Part shown: positions 12,050 to 24,965 of the stretch, one piece after another
Position numbering within the stretch: position 1 is the first letter of the stretch
How the letters are laid out: the number at the start of each line of letters is the position of its first letter
NCBI GenBank assembly: GCA_965649765.1
Contig: OZ287756.1
Coordinates: forward strand, 35,650,001 to 35,714,000
Source of the DNA: Bispira polyomma
Lineage: Eukaryota
DNA: 64,000 nucleotides
Direction of reading: 5' to 3'
Position numbers and translations under genes: made by a program
The notes under the pieces: model-generated
Told to the model about the DNA's origin: nothing
Database searches by the model: none
Seen by the model: the letters and a program-made list of their open reading frames with translations, nothing else

Positions 12050-12190
12050 TGGATTGCTCTCGCATACAATTCTTTGAATTTTCTTAGTCTTAACCAATCA
12101 CATTCTTTGAAATAAGTTTTTGCAACAATCAATTGATTGGTTGAGACAAAACATTTAAGAATAATACTCTTTGTGAAGACTAGCTCTGGT
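12050..12190. mobile_element. MITE-like dispersed repeat (related copies at ~18960-19050 and, inverted, ~32810-32945)
   Basis: TTCTTAG.CT...CCAATCA.ATTCTTTGAAATAAG is shared with the reverse complement of 32810-32915. Confidence 0.6.
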
Positions 12191-12499
12191 GTATATTTGA
12201 GATCGACTACCAAATGAAAACAGAAACTGCCATTAACAAAAAAAAAAACTAATAATTTCTGATACTGGTACTGACTTATTCTAAGAAATCAAAAAAATAA
12301 ATGTTCAACATCGTTTCTAAATCTACTTAAATCTCACAGCTGAAATCAGAAGCAGATGAAGACTATTATAAAGCATTAGTGGTGCTGTAATACTTCGGTG
12401 TAATGGCATAGTCTAGACCCCTGCCATATTGGGCATCCATGGTTTGATCTATTAGGGGCTGTATTTTGTGACGTTTAGCCTGTTACAAGGTTACACAAC

Positions 12500-13040
12500 T
12501 GGCCTAGAGTTTAGGGGGTTGGTCTGGTGATCAAAAGGTCCCCGGTTTGACGTCTGGTTGGGGGAGTTGGTCTGGTGATCAGAAGGTCCCCAGTTCCATT
12601 TCTAGTTGGGGGAGTTGGACTGATGATCAGAAGGTCCCCAGTTCCATTTCTAGTTGGGGGAGTTGGTCTGGTGATCAGAAGGTCCCCAGTTCCATTTCTA
12701 GTTGGGGGAGTTGGACTGATGATCAGAAGGTCCCCAGTTCCATTTCTAGTTAGGAGAGTTGGACTGGTGATCAGAAGGTCCCCAGTTCCATTCCTAGTTA
12801 GGAGAGTTGGACTGGTGATCAAAAGGTCCCTGTTTTGACTTTTGGTTGGGGAAGTGCGCCTGGTGATCAGAAGGTCCTCGGTTCAACTTTCGGTTGCAGG
12901 AGTTGGATTGGTGATCAGAAAGTCCTCAGTTCAACTGCTCAAGTCACTGGAATCATTGGAGGGATATTATCCTGGCACAATATGTGAACAGATCATTGGC
13001 TACTGATGACAACCTATGTTATGTTGTAGGACTATGTATG
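12500..13040 (+). repeat. 48-bp minisatellite (~9 units, 12514-12935) derived from a SINE head, followed by the SINE body
   Basis: Unit CTG(G/A)TGATCAGAAGGTCCCCAGTTCCATTTCTAGTTGGGGGAGTTGG(A/T); preceded by A-box-like TGGCCTAGAG; an unamplified relative lies at ~47655-47810. Confidence 0.88.
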
Positions 13041-14124
13041 TCTTTTAGAGAACAAGCTCCTTCTATAAAATAAAAGAATGATATATCAATAGGGGGTTAT
13101 ATAAATGCTTCAATAATTAATAACAATAAGGAAGGGATGCAAAATCTGGCTTTTATATATTAAAAATTACATTTCTGAGGGGTTGTGAAATATATCAACA
13201 AAGGGTAGTAAAATAGGGATTGGTCCTTTTTTACAAACCCTAATACACACCATACTGCAGGGGGGGGGGGGGGTCCAAAATCTGGCATCAAACCAGGTAG
13301 ATATCACTAGCATTTTATGATATCCACACTATCCATACCCCGCCCCCCCTCAGGCTTCCCTAAAACTCCCCTAGCTGACAGGTGTAAAAATCTAAACTGA
13401 CGCCCCTATATCTAACGCCATCCAGTTTTTGGGAAGATTTATTAAATTCAGATTAAATTTACATCACATACAACTAGTGCCTCCCGTACTCCCCGAGGCT
13501 GAGAACCTAGGATACTAGGAGTAATGGTAGCCTGGCTCAGGGCTCTAACCTCCATATGCTAGATTAACAGTTTAATTCACAATTATGCATTATTTTGGCT
13601 TTTTGACGTAAACCAAACATATATACATAATACATGAAAAAGTAAGCTGGATAGTTGACACATATGTTAAGTTCACGTCTTTATAGCACATTTTCCTGCA
13701 TTTGTTTCCCACAAATTGGACAAAACACTTTATCAAATGTGAATAGTAAGCTCGATAGTTGACACTTGTGCTGGATCAAATCTATATAATAAATAGTGGG
13801 GACACTTTTTTGATCAAACAAAATGCAACCAAATTTGCAAACAGCCATTAATCCTTGCTTGAAAAAAAACCCTGTGTTTGGCATTAGACTATTGCTTTTG
13901 TTCATTTGTCATCAAGATTACACTACAAGCAACTATAAGGATGTGTATAAATACCTTTGTGGAGACAGGCACTGTACTAGGTGTCTGTCTAGTTTATAAG
14001 TTGGATAGCTAAAACTAATTATGGGACCTAGTGTATGAATCTTATGTAGGCATTGGTATATTCAGTATGTCACGTGATGACTTTCACAGAGGTGACAGAC
14101 TAGTGATATTCAAAATGTTTTTTA

Positions 14125-14300
14125 ATGGGTACCTGGCCTCTAATGGGTGCTATAGACTTTGTGATGTATGTGGCAATATGGCTATATTATACTTCCTGAG
14201 GGAGCTGGGACTGAAACTTGACAGGTGGAAGAACCCAGGCTGGGGATGTAAATAGTAAAGATGGATGATAGAACCTGAATAGAGGTGATAAAAGACCAGA
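14125..14300 (+). mobile_element. Degenerate CORE-like SINE, 3' part
   Basis: AATGGGTACCTGGCCTCTAATGGG...AGGGAGCTG...GAAGAACCCAGGCTGGGG matches the 41065-41370 family. Confidence 0.65.
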
Positions 14301-14914
14301 CCTACACACATTTACATACTGGATAAATATTTCTTAAACCATAAACAGTTCATTTAAAACTAGGCCTAGAGAAAGGCTAGTAGTCTTGTTGCAGCCGTCA
14401 TTCCTCGGGCCATGAAAGTAGCTTTGACTTTGGGCTGACAAGCATGACTTAGACTCAAGCTGCACTTCATTTACTAAAGGATGCTCACTCCAGATTCAAA
14501 ACAGACCTCTTCTACCTAAATCTACAGCTTGTTGTAGTAACAACAGCATTCAACAAAAAAGTTACCTTTCTATTAAAAAAGGATAATTGTGAACGGTTTT
14601 CAAGGCGGGTTGTCTACTCCGTTCTAATCAGAGAGCTTGGTCTTAAAAATGGAAATGTTTGGGGAGAATTTAAAAGATCTGTGGAAAAAACAACTTTGTA
14701 ATTTGGAACAAGTGACACTCAGATATGAATACATCCAACACCTTCAGTGACATCTACTGTAAAATAGTACTTTTGGGTGTCAGTCTGTTTGAGTGATCCA
14801 GAAAACCTGTACTGTCAGATTCTGAATCCTCTGAGAGTGTATAGGAGTACAACATCTAGCAAGCTATTCCACAAAACTAATTGACGTGTAAAATAAATAT
14901 ACGTTTATAAGTAA

Positions 14915-15070
14915 TATATTGCCTTGGATCATGGTGAAACTGTAGCGCTAACCTTTTTAGATCTCTCAGCAGCTTTTGATACCATTAACCATGGTTTACT
15001 CTTTGATACCCTTATACAATGGTTTGGACTTAATGGCACTGTCCTTGATTGCATTAGATCGTACCTGGCT
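14915..15070 (+). mobile_element. L2/CR1-clade LINE reverse-transcriptase fragment
   Basis: Translates LDHGETVALTFLDLSAAFDTINHGLLFDTLIQWFGLNGTVLDCIRSYL, containing the LDLSAAFDT motif. Confidence 0.85.
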
Positions 15071-15974
15071 CTCAGACCCCCCCCCCCTCCCCCCATGAGG
15101 TGGCTGCAGAGGTGGGAGGTGACTGTCTTTCCACTACACCACCAAGTTTCCCCTTACAACTGATTGAAGGACAAGTAAAATATAGCTTACCTCAACTATC
15201 CTATAGTTTGAAAGTTATATCAACTATTGCACAGGAATAGTAACTTTTAGGTAAGTGTTACCTCTGCCAAGGAGGTTGTTTTTTTGCTCATGTCCGCTTG
15301 TTTGTCTGTCACCAGGATTATATCAAACTACTATAGTGATTTACATGAAATTTGATTTGAGTAAAAGAAAGGATTGAGGAATTTTTACTTTTTAAAATTT
15401 CGGCTCCTTGGCTGAGGTTTGATCTAGTGTCCTTTTTAGGATTTTTGTTTTTATTTTTAACATTTTATTTTATGTTTACAAAAAAGACATGACATTCAAA
15501 AAACAATTTACACAAAAGCTTAAGTGAGATTTCAATTAAAAGAATTACGTATTTTAATATACATTACGAAAAAGATTAAATTACGACAATCACATTAAGA
15601 CTTGGTAACAAATCAAATCAAATTTTTGATCTTGGTTCCTTTTTAGGAATTATAATATTAACAGTAGAATGAAGACCATGGCAATTTTAGAAAAGAAAGA
15701 CTAGCAAATCATTAGATATTTGAGGCATTATTGAAACACATTAGTATTTAATTACTGGAAATTAAATATGTGTAACAGGCATAAAATGCTTGAGAAAACG
15801 TAGAGTCAAACCTGTTTAGGAAATGGTTTAGTGTATCATTACAAGTATGAATGTGTGAGACACCTTGAATGGTTGACAGCCATGAAGTGCTACACATGTT
15901 CACCTCCTCCCACTACTCTCTGCCCATATGCACTTACTACGGGGGTGCATTAGTGCCATATTGCATTATAAATG

Positions 15975-16210
15975 GTCTCTGTGGTCTAGCTAAAATTGTC
16001 CCTCTCTACCTAAGTGTATAAATGGGTACCTGGCCGCTAATCAGTGTTAGTGTTTGTGCGCCGTATGTTGCAGCATGGCTAGTATGCTTCCCGAGGGAGC
16101 TGAGAGTGAACAATTGGGTGACAAGTGAAAAAACCAAAGCTGGGGTAATAAAGCCCATTTAATAACACTGATGTTCAAAATGTGCTATATCAGATAAAGA
16201 ATTATTATTA
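15975..16210 (+). mobile_element. CORE-like SINE, internally deleted
   Basis: GTCCCTCTCTACCTAAGTGTATAAATGGGTACCTGGCCGCTAAT core and an (ATT)n tail. Confidence 0.75.
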
Positions 16211-16494
16211 TATTTTTATGTTACTATTATGTTTTGGTAACCCTTTTAGACCACCATATACCACTAATGTACCTGCTGTACATCACACTCCTCCCCAACA
16301 ACTGTATGGATTGGTAGTTAGAGTGGGAAGGTTTCTCCTGATTTGAAGCAGACCTGGCAGCCAGCCTTAACAAATGGCTACAAGAAGGTTTGGGGCTATG
16401 CTTACGTCTAGGTTTACACACAGTTCTTGAGGGCCAGTCTTTTTTTATACTTCCCGGACTGCTAGGGTTACAGGAAGATCTATTCTAGGGTTAC

Positions 16495-16672
16495 TTCTTC
16501 ACCAGCTATATACAGCCATCCAGAAATACTTCCTTTATTTTAGGTTGCATTAATGACTATATAAGTGTGGTTTTACCTCGTGACCAGGTATATACAGCCA
16601 TCTCCAGGGATATTTCCTGTTTTAAGGTTACCTTAGTAACTATATAACTATAGTGATACCTCGTCACCAAGA
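16495..16672. repeat. ~82-bp diverged tandem repeat, just over 2 units
   Basis: ACCAG.TATATACAGCCATC at 16501 and 16583; a third unit start at 16666. Confidence 0.8.
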
Positions 16673-16689
16673 ACACGGGGCTATACTAG

Positions 16690-16900
16690 CATACTAGCCA
16701 CCCTGTCACATACAGCACACAAAAACACCCATTAGCCGGCAGGTACCCATCTATACACCTAGGTAGATAGGGACAACCTTGTGTAAAGTACCTTGTTCAA
16801 GGGTAAAATTTCCAGGCCTGCAGTGAGAGTTAAACCGGGACCCTAAGATCTTTCAGATCCAAACTCTGACACTCCAACCGCTAGGCCACAAAGACCACAG
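16690..16900 (-). mobile_element. CORE-like SINE
   Basis: CCCATTAGCCGGCAGGTACCCATCTATACACCTAGG...CCAACCGCTAGGCCACA (reverse core and head). Confidence 0.8.
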
Positions 16901-17221
16901 TGACATAGACCATCATTGACATGAAAAGGTAATGTTGACCTTTTTAAAGTCAAAAGGTGTGGTTGGCAGATGCATTTTGGTTTCTGTTAGTATACATGTA
17001 AACCACAGTACAATACATATGAACTAGTTTAAAAGTTTACTAATTGTAAAATATACACCCACATTTAATGTTACAAGATTAGATTTAATGTCAGCCAATA
17101 CTAACAGTTGTTTCAAACCCATACGAAAACAATAAATCCCCTATTGTGTAATTTAATGGGGGGAAACTATTACCAGGATTCATGTATATTTATGTAATAT
17201 TTTAACATTTATACCTCAAGC

Positions 17222-17420
17222 AGTGATGGGTTCGAATCTCTGTCCTGACGTGTATGTGGGAAAGTTGACAATAGACTTGCTTAAGGCCGGTTGTTTGCAG
17301 AGCAGAAACCCACGACCAAATACCCTGTTATGAATTCATCCACCAGTAAACTTTTACCCTTCCTGATATGACATAAGAAAGTGTGTTGAAAGCGACGTTA
17401 ACCCCAAGCTTAGTTTAGTT
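17222..17420 (+). mobile_element. V-SINE-like copy
   Basis: GGGTTCGAATCTC, GTGGGAAAGTTGACAATAGACTTGC, GTTGAAAGCGACGTTAAACCCC. Confidence 0.8.
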
Positions 17421-18544
17421 TAAGTATTAGTTTGAGTAGAATCTTAGATTGTGAGAGCTCTACCTCTAGAACCTGATCCATATGTTTTGTGTGAAGTATG
17501 TAGGCACTGACATCTCCGCCCACACCACATTCAGATGATTTCTGACTCTCTTATGTAATAACACTGTGGTTGTATTATTCAACCATTTCAACCATCAACC
17601 TCAAATCTCAGTATTTGTCATAACTCAGGCTAAAAAGTAAAGATATGCACAAATCTGATTACATATTTGAACTCAGCAGAGAAAGGTTTACTCAAAAGAG
17701 TGGTCACAAGTACAGGTTATTTCCATGTACAGTAAATAGCAGATAGCCATCATTTTACAGTTTTGAGTTCTGGGTTGAGATTGAGTCTGTCTGGAGAAGA
17801 TGAGTACTCTGGTGCCTCTTGTATACAATGAAAAAATAGACAGAGAAACACAAACTAGAACAACAACTCAGAACCCATCATAGACAAGTTGATGGGTTTA
17901 TTGAGTCCAATACCGTCAGTAGTTGTGGGGGAAATCTCCTACATATGTCTGCCATACGTGAGACAACCAAAGCAAAAATGGCACAGCTCGCCAGATGGAG
18001 TGAGTTGGCTTAAAGAAGCATGCACTGAGTGCTCTGTGTAAAGTTTTCTGGGAAATTCTCCAGTTGTGTCACGGTTGACTGAGAAACTGATCTGTAATTG
18101 TTCTGTGACGCAGATACGAAACCCTTTCAATGTATAATAGTTTTTAGCATGTTAAATATAATTATAGATTTTTTTTCAGTTTGTTTATTTGAAAAATAAA
18201 AATTGGTATTAGGACTTGCTAATTGTCAATAAGTTATTGATAATACATGTATGCTTAAGTCATGTGGATCAATGGCTAACTAGGTCATTAAATAACTTTA
18301 GTGATTGAAGATAAAAGGACAGAAACAAAATTGCTATAGATCATATAACCTAATGAAGTACAGCATAAATAGTTTATTTTTTTATATCTCCCAACTTTAT
18401 ACCCTATGGCAATACAGGAACATTTCCCAGAAACCATTGGATTGGTGGAGATACACTTTGGTTGTTTGTTTCATTGATCTTTCAGTATCTGAGATAGCCA
18501 ACCATCTATTTCTGTGGTGTCTTCACCACTTCTAGCCTGTGGTA

Positions 18545-18900
18545 TTTATTTTATTTTAAACTTTACTTTCAACAGCTTCTTATTATATCATGACAGGCAG
18601 TTTATTACTGTTACACTATGTACTGTACAACAGCCAGCCATCCTTTTGCAAGTCAACTGGTAATTATTCCCACATGCATGCCGGGCCAAGGATCAAGCCC
18701 ACAATTGCATAGGTAACAGGCAAGGGTGTTACACAACCAATTGTAATTAGACTTTTATAGCGCTTAATCTCCCCTTAGCAAATAGGACTCTAAGGCGCAA
18801 CAGCACAAAAGACAGTAATCCAATTCCAATATCAAGCGACAGAATAGGGTCGAGCACCACAGAGCGCGCCGGGGATGATTGAGACTAAGGTGGGTACCAA
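18545..18900 (-). mobile_element. V-SINE-like copy (~18545-18735) adjoining an L2-type 3' tail (~18741-18900)
   Basis: Reverse SINE core TTCCCACATG; minus-strand GCGCCTTAGAG...AAGCGCTATAAAAG resembles the L2-type tails elsewhere in the window. Confidence 0.55.
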
Positions 18901-19999
18901 GCCCCTACTAGCTTTATACAGTCTATTTCAGTGCATAATGATAGTAAATGGACCTTTTGGCCTGGGACTGTATTCACAAACATTCTTAGATTTATTTGTG
19001 CTCAGCCAATCTGATTGTTTAAATTGAAGGTTTAAGAATATTTACACACAAACAACTCATCATGACACAAATGACTGAACTTAGGCCCTGAATGAGGAAT
19101 AGCGTGTTTCTTCATAAAAAAATTATAGTTAAAAAGTACAGTTAAATTTTACAAAGTCAAAGCAGCTTTGGATCTTCCTTTTTTATAGGTTTTAAACCCA
19201 AATAAGTATAACTTAATGCACCCCAATTTATTATTAGTTTGCCACAAAAAGCTGTTCACAAGCAATATCTGAGGCGCGCCTAAAAAAAGTACCAGCGGCA
19301 GTTCCAAATATTATCGTCAATGGAGGATGAATGATTATTGACCATGGGTCATTGTAGGATAAATGGGCCATCAGTTCTAGCCAGATGTGAAACAGTGACA
19401 GAAAAAAATATTTTCACATGCATTTTTTGATGAAATAGTAACAGACAAGGGTAAAACAATACCAGGAAACGTGTGTCTCTTCTTAAAGAGTGCACCATGG
19501 GAAGACTGCATGGTGAGCTGTGAAAAAAGATCTGAGAAAGCTTTGGGGCACATGGTGGATGTCTTGTAGGAAACAGGTGGTGTGCAGTTATGTAAGATTG
19601 ACTTTAGGTTTTTGATTTGGGAGTTTTACGTCACAGTTAACATCTTTGGTCATATTGTGATGGTAAGATTATTTTAATGGCTCAGAAAACCAGTACTACA
19701 TGTATTTCAACTGGTAATAAACTGACATACGGTAAGTATCTCGTAAAATTATTTTTCCGTACTGTCCTCAGAGGTGATATACGACTAGGCCAAAGCAGCC
19801 CAAGATGTCATCATGTAAAGCTAAATTAAAAATGCATGCTAATTACAACAGTTTCTAAATACTCAGTAGCACAAACCATTTTTGGCAACAAATTATTTTG
19901 GTTTTGTGGCTAAAAAAGCGGTTAGAACATGTACAAAATGAGGGTTTTATGTTAACCAGACAGATATGGGCACAAATAATTACACTCTATACACGGTAC

Positions 20000-20244
20000 T
20001 TCCACTAGTATTACTAGAAAAAAACACTTTAAACCAGTTTAAAGAGGATGAGATTTACCAGTGACCATAACTACAGAGCAGTTCCATTAGTATTACTATT
20101 ATAAACCACTTTAAACCAGTTAAGAGATTATAAGATTTATTAGTGACCATAACAACAGAGTAATTCCACTAGTATAACTAGTGTAAACCACTTTAGACCA
20201 GTTTGAAGAGGATGAGATTTGCCAGTGACTATAACAACAGAACA
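20000..20244. repeat. 82-bp tandem repeat, 3 units
   Basis: TTCCA(C/T)TAGTA starts at 20000, 20082 and 20164. Confidence 0.9.
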
Positions 20245-21160
20245 ATCATAGACACATGGTAACAAACACAGATTACTCTTACTTTTTACTCAGATAATCA
20301 CAATTGATTTTATTTTTCCCTATCAAATTATAACCTGATTGAAACATTTCGCAATCTTACGTCGTGGAAGTTTTAATGTGCATTAACTTTACATAACTGG
20401 TTAACTTTGTAATAAATAGACTTTAACGTTTTAGACTTTAGTCAATCTGGCATGTTATAATATCATTCATACAGTGTCATTCTCCAGACATCAAGGTTCC
20501 AGAAAACCTGGGGCCACATTTACAAAATTCTTTAGCACATTCCCAATTGTTTATCTCCCAGAAAATCATTGTAAAAGGGGGATTTTGTAGAGTGACTTAA
20601 TTTAAGTAGAAAATCTAAATAAACTATTTGGTAGGCTCACTGAAACCAAAAAGAAATTCAAGTTTAATTGTTTTTTGGAGTGGCATGGTTTACACGTAGA
20701 CTAATGGCATAAGCATCTAAAATTGAACCCATATCTTCTGAAAATGAAGTAAAGTTTAAACCCCTTTAAATACCAAATACTTACAGGTATAGGTCAGGTA
20801 ACTCTGCGGAACTGCTAGGAAATACCAGTTTTCTAATAATAATACATGGATTTTATTTGATTTTAATTTAACGTTGCACCTTTCAACAACTGACTATTAT
20901 ATTGTGGTTAGTAGTTTATAGTGGAGAAAAGTAACTCGGGGCAGTTAGTCAAGGTTTTCTGTACACATCCAGCCTTTAGTAAGTCAAATGCCAACCTTTC
21001 TAACAAAACCAAGATTAACTAAACCGAGGTTTGAACCCACGACTGTACAGCTGGCAGATGTGTATGTTTTCAGTGGTGCAGTGCTAACACACTCGCCTCC
21101 ATCCTCTATGGTCCCTGTTCGAATCTCAGTTGGGTCTTGGAGTGGGAAAGTTGACAGTTA

Positions 21161-21604
21161 GTGAGCGTTTCCATGTAGGCAACTTTCTGAGGCGATCAGG
21201 CGACGGCCGACGGCGATCCTATCAGTTTCATTGATTTATAACCAAGTGTTTCCATGTGAGCAACGCCGATTGGCGACAGGCAATGCCAGGCGATTTTTTC
21301 GGTACTAGGAGCGAAAAAAAATCGCCTGGCATTGCCCGTCGCCTTGTAAATATTGCCGTTTTATTTAAATAACTCAAAAATTACTGAAGGTATAAATTTT
21401 GTGAAAATATGGTGAGAAAGCTTATGTTATCGGGTATATTGTGCTTTTTGTTGCATCAAAATAGGTTGAGAAATGGCTGAGATATTCAGGTTTAAATGCA
21501 GGTGTCTATTTTCTCAAATAATTGTATAGAAACATAAAAATTGAAAATTGCCTGCTATACGTCGGCTGGTCGCCTCAGAAAGTTGCCCGCATGGAAACAC
21601 TCAC
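21161..21604. mobile_element. PIF/Harbinger-like MITE (444 bp)
   Basis: ~40-bp TIRs GTGAG(C/T)GTTTCCATG..GGCAACTTTCTGAGGCGA.CAG, flanked by TTA and TAA; internal palindrome ATGCCAGGCGATTTTTT...AAAAAATCGCCTGGCAT; CpG-rich. Confidence 0.88.
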
Positions 21605-23699
21605 TAAGTTAACAAAGCACTAAGATACTGACTGGAGCCTGTTACACATGTAGACTGCTCTTCTACACAACCTTGTGAGTTACATGAGTTACATGACCCC
21701 AGTCAAAATAATAAGAAAACAGGCAAGAACAGGGGAAAACAGTGAAATTGATCCAATTAATGCAGAGATGAACCTACAACATCTGTTCTAGTGTAACATG
21801 TGACAGTTGACTGTTCTTGTCAGACCAAATCTTGGTAGACAGTTCTAGGTGAAGTTGAGTGCATCCTCTAATATACATATTACTGAGTTGTTAGTTGCCT
21901 TCGCCAATAAGATAATGTTTGTTCAAAAGATACAAAAAACCTGCATACTGTATTGATATGGAAGAGTTGCCCACTGATCAAGAAGGTTATGATTTGGTCA
22001 GTACAACTATATACAACTCTCAGGTCCCTTGGTTGGTTGGTTTCTTTATCATAAGGATTATACTGAAGAACTACTGAAGTGATTTAGATAAGATTTGGTT
22101 TGAGTGGGGTATTGGCCAAAGGATATTTTTTTTAATTTAGGCAATATCTTAGTAGAAGGTTGGATGTAGGACTTCCGTCATTTTTGGGCAGAGTACATGC
22201 TTTAGTGAATTTCCTTGGAGATAATATTTATCAAAATAAGAAATAAATCAACAATATATTTGAAACGGATCTAGTAGATAACACACTTGCTTTGAAATGC
22301 ACAGCACCTGGGTTCGATCCCAGCATTTGGTTCTCAGATACAGGTGAATGCAAAGAGACAGGCCAAAGAATGTTGGAGACATTGATAAGTGCTCATCTTT
22401 AAGCCTCTCTCATCAGTTAGATGAATGACAGTTAATGGTGCTAGGTTTAGTCAAGAAAAGTCTAAGCACATAGTTATAGACTATGGTTATGTCTGGTATT
22501 ACACTGTATAAATACCCTTGATAATAACTGTGCATAGTGTGAAGGCCACTAACTTAAACATGTGTTCAGCATAGCATCATAAAGCAGAAAGCTGTGAAAC
22601 CTAAAGAGCAGTATTTTAGTTAGAGCTGGGAAAAATTCTAAAATCTTAGACTAATAAAATGTTTTTCTGTGAAAATTAAACTTTCTTTAATACAGATGCA
22701 GAATAAATACACTTCGCTGATACAGTTAAACCAAAGACCATCTGTTATATAGAAAATACCACACTATACCACTTCAGTAGTATTTTCTTCACATAGTGCA
22801 TTTCCTGTACAGAATCTCCTGGTGTATTTACATCAATGTAGCAATGGCTAATAATTTCATATTTAATGGGTGGAAATGAAACATTATACACGAGTTTACA
22901 GGCTTGGAGCTTTGCTGTATTAGGTTTGAACTACAGTACCGCCTTATAATAGTGCCAGGTTTATTTTTGTAGATCATGGAAATTAAATACATACATATAC
23001 ATAAAATCATACCCTAATATCATATCAGAATAGTCATACAAAGTGGTACATACTTTAATTCGCAATAAATTCATAATTTACTGTAGTTAAGGTGTTGTGA
23101 GTATTTCTACGGTGCTATATTCCATGTTTTCAGTAGAGGAAGGGGTGTATTTTGTTGGGTTTATTGTAGCCGTCCTTTTCATGTGTAATACCGAGCCGTT
23201 AATGAAGCCTTCATTGTGCCTCTCCTTGTTTTGGTGATGTAAGAGAGCAAATGTGAATAGTGTAATGTTACCAGGTCTCAGCATCAAAGACCCACTAAAA
23301 AGTACCCCCACCCCCCCACCCCCGCCAAGCCCTCTCTTTCTCTGGTCACAAAGTATACACAGCAGTATGTTAAAAGGCATTACAATAGAGTATGTTTTGT
23401 GACTCGTATATCCACGGAGACTTCACAAATGCCTTCCTTTTTTGTCAAATGGGTGTGGGAGTGGTGGATAAAAACGGTTACATCTGATCCAGGAAATGTA
23501 GGTAATCCTAGACGTCCAATAGCAAAAGTTCTCAGACTAAAAAAAAAGAGAAGATTGTATTTTGTATGGTCTAAAAATCATTGAAAGCATCTGCAGCTAT
23601 AGCCAGTATACCTGGAAAGGGAGACAGTCTAATGAATGAAGAGATGTTTTTTGTTTATCAAAGATGATTGCTATTCTTTCTACATTTTTTCATTGGTTT

Positions 23700-23895
23700 T
23701 GATTTGATTTGTGGTTTTAACAATCGCTTTCAACACATTGTACAGGTTATATCACAGTGGGTAGTTCTAGTGCTGGATGAAACCAGAGTTTACCAGTTTG
23801 TCAAGATTCTACACTGGAAACCGGGGACCATCGGCAAGTAACTGTCAACTTTCCCACTCCAAGACCCAACTGAGATTCGAACAGGGACCATAGAG
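23700..23895 (-). mobile_element. V-SINE-like copy
   Basis: CGCTTTCAACACATTGTACAGG...CGGCAAGTAACTGTCAACTTTCCCAC...GAGATTCGAAC. Confidence 0.82.
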
Positions 23896-24654
23896 GACGG
23901 AGGCGAGTGTGTTAGCACTGCACCACTGAAAACATACACATCTGCCAGCTGTACAGTCGTGGGTTCAAACCTCGGTTTAGTTAATCTTGGTTTTGTTAGA
24001 AAGGTTGGCATTTGACTTACTAAAGGCTGGATGTGTACAGAAAACCTTGACTAACTGCCCCGAGTTACTTTTCTCCACTATAAACTACTAACCACAATAT
24101 AATAGTCAGTTGTTGAAAGGTGCAACGTTAAATTAAAATCAAATAAAATCCATGTATTATTATTAGAAAACTGGTATTTCCTAGCAGTTCCGCAGAGTTA
24201 CCTGACCTATACCTGTAAGTATTTGGTATTTAAAGGGGTTTAAACTTTACTTCATTTTCAGAAGATATGGGTTCAATTTTAGATGCTTATGCCATTAGTC
24301 TACGTGTAAACCATGCCACTCCAAAAAACAATTAAACTTGAATTTCTTTTTGGTTTCAGTGAGCCTACCAAAAAATGAAAATGATAATATGACTCAACAA
24401 AATTGAATTTTTGAAGAAAAATGTCTTGAAAATTTGAATGTTGAATAGAACAGCAAAACGTTAGATTTTTTGTAACATAATGGATGAATTTGAATAGGAG
24501 TTAGAATACCAATAATATTTTTTTAGTTGTATAAAACGATGCTGCATAATAAGGTGTAATCTTTATGTACTACAATCTCATACTTTTACTACTTATTATA
24601 TTATGCACTACTATTTCAACATTACTACTAATTATATTATTTTTTAAGGTAAAC

Positions 24655-24965
24655 CTCAGTGGCTTAATGGGTAAAAGCATTTGGCTTATAATCATATACA
24701 TCATGTATTGGAGTATATTGGTTGGAATCCCAATGGTTCCTTCATGTGGGAAGATATATCAGGTACTTGCCCTAGGTCAGTGCTTGCTAATATTCAATAG
24801 TGCTCACCAATGTGTCTGAATCTATTTTCTTCCCATCATGTGAGAAAGTTTTGTCAGGTACTTGCCATAGGCCGGTGGTCTACCGTGCTTCTTTCACCAT
24901 TAAATCTGGCCGTTGTGATACGACCTAAGCTGTTAAAAGTGACGTTCAACTGAACTAAATTCAAA
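24655..24965 (+). mobile_element. Two tandem V-SINE-like copies
   Basis: CATGTG(G/A)GAA...TCAGGTACTTGCC.TAGG occurs twice; tail GTTAAAAGTGACGTT. Confidence 0.75.

Larger units (their letters stand above)
20627..24372. repeat. 534-bp near-perfect inverted duplication (20627-21160 vs 23839-24372)
   Basis: Arms are reverse complements; I noticed only one substitution (21101 vs 23898). Confidence 0.95.

Noticed and set aside
12511-12838. Repetitive ORFs on both strands (e.g. PTRNGTGDLLI repeats)
   Set aside because: By-product of a 48-bp (16-codon) minisatellite.
22265-22335. tRNA-like sequence with GGTTCGATCC, and similar B-boxes elsewhere
   Set aside because: No complete cloverleaf visible; these are SINE heads.
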